Part shown: piece by piece, positions 53,535 to 64,000 of the stretch | Layout: each line of letters opens with the position of its first letter | How positions within the stretch are numbered: the first letter of the stretch is position 1 | Assembly (NCBI RefSeq): GCF_009914755.1 | Contig: NC_060927.1 | Origin: the human T2T-CHM13v2.0 reference genome, Homo sapiens | Length of the DNA: 64,000 nucleotides | Reading direction: 5' to 3' (one strand) | Position numbers and translations under genes: made by a program | Notes under the pieces: generated by a model | What the model saw: the letters and a program-made list of their open reading frames with translations, nothing else | Databases searched by the model: none | What the model was told of the DNA's origin: nothing

Positions 53535-53736
53535 TGAAAGAGCCTCCAGAAAGCTGTGAGGCCCCACATTGGGAATGCGACCCAAAACCCCAAGGTCGGG
53601 GTCCTGACCCATTTGTGCGATCATCTCAGTCAACATTAATTGTCTTGGTCTTCTTAGCAACCTCACGATGACAGAAATGCTATTATTTCCCTTGCTACAG
53701 ATGAAAAAGGAGGGGCTCAGACAAGTTCAGAAACTA

Positions 53737-54408
<672 letters not shown>

Positions 54409-55090
54409 TTACAGGAAGTTGTCCAGTTACACATCTCTGATCCTTCCCCAGGATCAAAACCCAGGAAGGAGGCCTTGAAGCCAGACAGAACCATGTTCAA
54501 ATTCCCACTCTACTACTTGGCAGTGTGTGGCCTTGGGCAAGTTACTTGGCTCTGAGCCTCCTAAGCAGGGGTAACCCCTTTGAGAGGTTGTAGGATTCAA
54601 TGGGAGACCATGGATTAGCGCCAAGAAATAGCAGGTGCTCCATAAATATCCGTGCCTTTCTGGGGATACAGCCAAGTGGAAACTCAGCCATGGACGATAC
54701 CTGGGCTCCTGGGAGCCAACATCACTTTATTTCCCACATTCTGCTAACAAAATCCAATTCGTTATAATCAGGGGTCATCTGTTTTGCTTTCCTTTGCCAA
54801 TAAAAAATTGACTTGGCATGAAGTCTTCAGTAGTTACTTCAGCTAACATTTGTTGAACACCGTCCAGGAGCCAGGCACCCTGCTGCTCAGAGGCTGGCCC
54901 TGGCCCTCTGGGAGTTCAGAGTCTCACTGCAGAATGGCACCTGCAGGCAAAGAACTCTAAAACAAGGCAGGGTAGTGAGAGATGTGAGCCATACGTTCAA
55001 AATGCTGGGACTTCAGAGACAGCAGAGGCCACCTGGGTGTGGCATGGGCTTGGCATGCAGTCCTCTGGGGCTACTGCGGAAGGGGTGTCA

Positions 55091-55554
<464 letters not shown>

Positions 55555-55905
55555 GGTGCCGCTATTCCATGACCCCAGGAGGTCAGGTGCTGTCCCTCTG
55601 GGAGAGGCAGGCTCAGGGCAGACCCTGTGGGAGTTGGGCCCTCAGGCCTCATCCAAGCTGCTGACCATGCGTCACGGCTCCCTATTTCTGTGTGAGGAGA
55701 ATTGTTCCTGTCTGGTGACTGTCATCAGGAGGGTGACTGTGGATTTCCACAAGCCAGGATGGACGGCAACTTCCCCAGCATGAGAAAGAGCCACCCAGGA
55801 TTGGCTTGGGGCTGTTGACAGTGGCCTGTCCCTCGCTATGTCATCTGCCTCACCACAAACCACCAGCAGAAGGTTCAGAGGCCAGGGAAAGAGAGGGGAG
55901 CCACT

Positions 55906-56512
<607 letters not shown>

Positions 56513-56544
56513 CATAAAAATTTTTAAATGACATTTTTTGGCTA

Positions 56545-57575
<1,031 letters not shown>

Positions 57576-57630
57576 TAAGTTTAATGACTTTTGTTTTCTG
57601 TATATAAAAAAATATTTATTAAAAATCGTG

Positions 57631-58583
<953 letters not shown>

Positions 58584-58665
58584 TTATATTATACATAAAT
58601 ACTCATAAAGAAATAAAAGTACCTGTAACTCTACTACCCAGAGACAACTGCTGCTAAAGACATGA

Positions 58666-58945
58666 TCTACTTCCTCCTGTATTTGGAACACACACAGGTG
58701 TGTACCTCTCTCCAGCCATCTATAATTCAGATCAGTTCAACAGCTATAGTTATGTATACTCTATTTCCTCCTGTATTTGGAACACACACAGGTGTGTACC
58801 TCTCTCCAGCCATCTATAATTTAGATCAGTTCAACAGCTATAGTTATGTATACTCTATTTCCTCCTGTATTTGGAACACACACAGGTGTGTACCTATCTC
58901 CAGCCATCTATAATTCAGATCAGTTCAATAACTACAGTTATGTAC
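58666..58945. repeat. 94-bp tandem repeat, ~3 copies
   Basis: cctcctgtatttggaacacacacaggtgtgtacc at 58673, 58767, 58861. Confidence 0.95.
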
Positions 58946-59147
58946 ACTACTTTCTCACTTCATGTATTATAAGTATTTCTAAAATCTCCTGTAATATGAT
59001 TTTTAGTGGCTTCCTGTTATTTGATCATATGGACATAATGTTCAACTAATCTTCTATTTCTGAACATTTAGGTCGTTTAAAGTTTTTCCGTGTTTTAAAC
59101 AATACTGTGATGTACATCCTTATGTATATACTGTTATCCATATTTCT

Positions 59148-59228
59148 CGAACTCCTGACCTCAGGTGATTCGCCCGCCTTGGCCTCCAAAAGCGCTGGGG
59201 TTACAGGTGTGAGCCACCACACCCCGCC
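59148..59228 (-). mobile_element. Tailless 81-bp Alu 5' fragment
   Basis: Perfect 17-bp TSD CTGTTATCCATATTTCT at 59131-59147 and 59229-59245. Confidence 0.92.
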
Positions 59229-59427
59229 CTGTTATCCATATTTCTGATCATTTCCTTAGGGTGATTTCCCACAAGACATTTCACCGAGTCAAAGACTGAG
59301 TGTCTTGAGGCCAGGGGCACGTACGGATCGGGCCCTCCTGATGACAGGGCCGCGTCTGGCCCAGTGCTCTGTGCTCTGTGCTCTGTCCCCTCCAGGCTTC
59401 TAAGGCCCCAGACTTTCTCTCCTTTGA

Positions 59428-60277
<850 letters not shown>

Positions 60278-60597
60278 TCATTTTATGAAGCAGAAAAATG
60301 AGGGCCACACATGGCATCAGCTATTCCCGTTTCTTGATGGACAGACTGAGCTGGAACTGGCTTGGTCCATCACCCCAGGGAGTAATGGCTGGCTTAACAG
60401 CCCACAGCAAATTCTGTGGTTCACTGGACCAAGCAGCAGGTTCCAGGACAGCTGTGGGGTCAGTTGGGGCCATCTTTGGACTCAGCCTGAGTGTCAGCTG
60501 TCTCATGCCCACATCCTGGCACTCACAGGAGCCAGTAAAACTCTCTCCAGGGCAGTGGCTGCGACCCTGTCTCCTAAACTCAGAAAACCAGGTCCTA

Positions 60598-60780
60598 ACT
60601 TTGGGGACTTGCGGGGAAGGGTGGGAGGGGGTCGGGGGATAAAAGACTACAAATAGAGTGCAGCGTATAGTGCTTGGGTGATGGTTGCACCCAAATCTCA
60701 CAAATCACCACGAAAGAACTTACTCATGTGACCAAATAGCACCCGTACCCCAATAACCTATGGGAACATTCAAAAGAAAA
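60598..60780 (+). mobile_element. 5'-truncated L1PB 3' end
   Basis: Same 3'UTR family as 38901-39089; 16-bp TSD agaaaaccaggtccta / agaaaaccgtgtccta. Confidence 0.9.
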
Positions 60781-61490
60781 AGAAAACCGTGTCCTAGTCT
60801 CCTCAGCCAGTGGGGCGGTGTGTGGTGGGTGGTCTGCACTTGGTCCCAGAGAGGTCAATGAGACCCAGACTTGCCTGTGAAAGAAACGGAGTGGTGGCGG
60901 GGCCCGGGAAAAACCCCTGCGTTCACTCGTTCACTCGGCGCCTGCTGTGTGGCAGGCAGCCCCCCTGCTGGGCTCGCTCAGTCCTCGGTACCATCCTGGG
61001 AGCAGGCATTAGCCCCCTTTTGCAGATGAGCCTCCGAAAAGGTGAAGAACTTGACCAAGGGTCAAACTGAGCAAATGGCAGAGTCAGGCCCCTACCCCGG
61101 CTGACCACCCAATGCCCAGTGGCTGCAGCGTTCCCGTTACACAGCACGATAGCTCTGCAACACACATAAGCATGCATTAAACCAGAGATGCGCCATCACT
61201 CCCACTTCTGGAAGCTGATCTCATAGCACAGCAAGAGACGAGCAAGAAGGATGTTCTAACAAGTGTGTTGAGGGGTCACAGGGTGGGCCTTTCTCACTCC
61301 AAGGCTCTGGGACTCTTGGAGCTCTGGTAGGAGCAGGGGAGACCAACCCTACCTCGGATGCAGGGGCAGCATCCGATGACCCTGATAATGACCACAAGAA
61401 AGAGGCAGCACCTCTAGGGCAGGAAAGTGCTGGGGGTCAGAGGCATGGGTGCCATTCCAGGCTGAGCCAGGCTGGCTGTGTGAGCCTGCG

Positions 61491-61547
61491 TGAGTCACTT
61501 AACCTCTGAACCTAGTGCTTCACGTGCAAAAGAGGGAAGCTTCCCTC
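61491..61547. promoter_or_regulatory. AP-1, E-box and palindromic kappaB-like motif cluster
   Basis: TGAGTCA 61491-61497, CACGTG 61521-61526, GAGGGAAGCTTCCCTC 61532-61547. Motif evidence only. Confidence 0.35.
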
Positions 61548-61638
61548 ATCCTCCTCCAGCCGTCACCCGCTGCCTTCCTTCTCTCTGCAGCAAAATGGCT
61601 CCGAAGCGTTGTCTACACTTCTTTTCTCTGATTCTTTA

Positions 61639-62987
<1,349 letters not shown>

Positions 62988-63089
62988 TTATCATTCCCTT
63001 CCTTTTCATTAGACGGTTATGTATGTACGTATCCTTAAACTTTATGCTAATGGTATCACATTTTGTGTATTCTACTACTTTTAAACATT

Positions 63090-63498
63090 TATGGATTAAA
63101 TTCTGTCCCTCCAAAAAAGATATGTTGGAGTCTTAACCCCTAATACTTTAAGCCGTGACCCCGTTTGCAGACACCGTCTTTACAGAGGTGCTCAAGGTGA
63201 GAGGCACTCATTAGAGTGGACCCTCATTCGATACGACTGGTGTCCTTATAACAAGCAGAACACAGGACAGAGGCAGAGCCACCAGCAGGGAGAACACCAC
63301 ATGAAGCCTGGAGTCAGGCTTCCGGACGAAGCCGGGAGAGAGGCGGGGAACAGGTCCTCCTCCCACGCCTTCCCAGGGAACGTGGCCCTGTCGGCACCCT
63401 GATCTCCTCGCCCCTAGAACTGGGAGACAACACGTTTCTGCTGTCCAGCCACCCAGTGTGCGGTACTTTGTTACAGCAGCCCCAAAAAATAAAGACAC
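63090..63498 (+). mobile_element. MLT1A/B-like LTR
   Basis: aattctgtccctccaaaaaagatatgttggagtcttaacccc and ggtactttgttacagcagcccc. Confidence 0.8.
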
Positions 63499-63885
63499 CA
63501 TTCCATGTCATGTTCTTGAAATTCATTTGTTAATGAGTGAAGCCGAGGCTCATTCATTTTCTCTGTCATGTTCTATTATATGATATCCCACAATTTATCC
63601 ATTTTACTTTGAAAAGTTATATGGTTTGCTTACAGGTTTTATTGTTGTTTTGAAATTGCAAACTGTGCTGCCCCGAACCTCCCTGCAAACTGTGCCGTAG
63701 GAGTGGAGCTGCACTTGGGTCAAAGAGGGCAAAGGTAAGTCTTAACTGTGCAGCCCAGATCAGAGCAATAACAACTCATCAAGATAAGTCTAATTGCTAC
63801 TCAACGGGGTGGAACTTACACGCTTGCCAGTGGGCAGGCAGAGTTCCCTGTGTCCTACATTCTTGTTAACACTTGAAACTCCAGT

Positions 63886-64000
63886 CTTTTTTTTTTTTTT
63901 TTTTTTTTTTTTTGAGAGATGGAGTCTCACCCTGTTGCCCAGGCTGGAGTGCAGTGGTGTGATCTTGGCTCACTGAAACCTCTGCCTCCCGGGTTCAAGC
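63886..64000 (-). mobile_element. Alu running off the window end
   Basis: Poly-T followed by gagatggagtctcaccctgttgcccaggctggagtgcagtgg. Confidence 0.95.

Noticed and set aside
60955-60972. CTCF-like CCAGCAGGGGGGC on the minus strand
   Set aside because: Six G's displace the conserved C of the core; weak without ChIP data.
63636-63734. 99-nt segment between ttacag and AAG|GTAAGT
   Set aside because: Isolated, lies in degenerate antisense L1-like DNA, and has no partner exon in the window.

Overview
Primate (human-like) genomic DNA with no intact protein-coding gene, RNA gene or CRISPR array. About 85-90 Alu copies or fragments (my count, roughly a third of the window) explain most ORFs in the supplied track. 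Other repeats are a once full-length L1PB with a large internal deletion, older L1/L2/L3/MIR fragments, several solo LTRs (LTR8-like, MSTA, MLT1, MER4/MER34-like), MER5 and MER45A DNA transposons, and about ten local tandem repeats. The main non-repeat signal is a chain of six exon-like segments on the + strand (986-14236). They have canonical AG/GT boundaries and phases that fit after a few single-base frameshifts. They join into a protein-like but disabled reading frame, including a 19-nt microexon encoding CWLC, and the largest exon is interrupted by FLAM, MER5 and MIR insertions. This looks like a fossil, possibly unitary, pseudogene; I do not recognise the parent protein. Other points of interest are a VNTR that multiplies a TEAD+AP-1 motif pair, a VNTR that multiplies AATAAA inside the fossil gene, tailless Alu insertions, and a short retroposed hairpin RNA. 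Repeat family names come from memory of consensus sequences, and boundaries are approximate unless a target-site duplication (TSD) is given.
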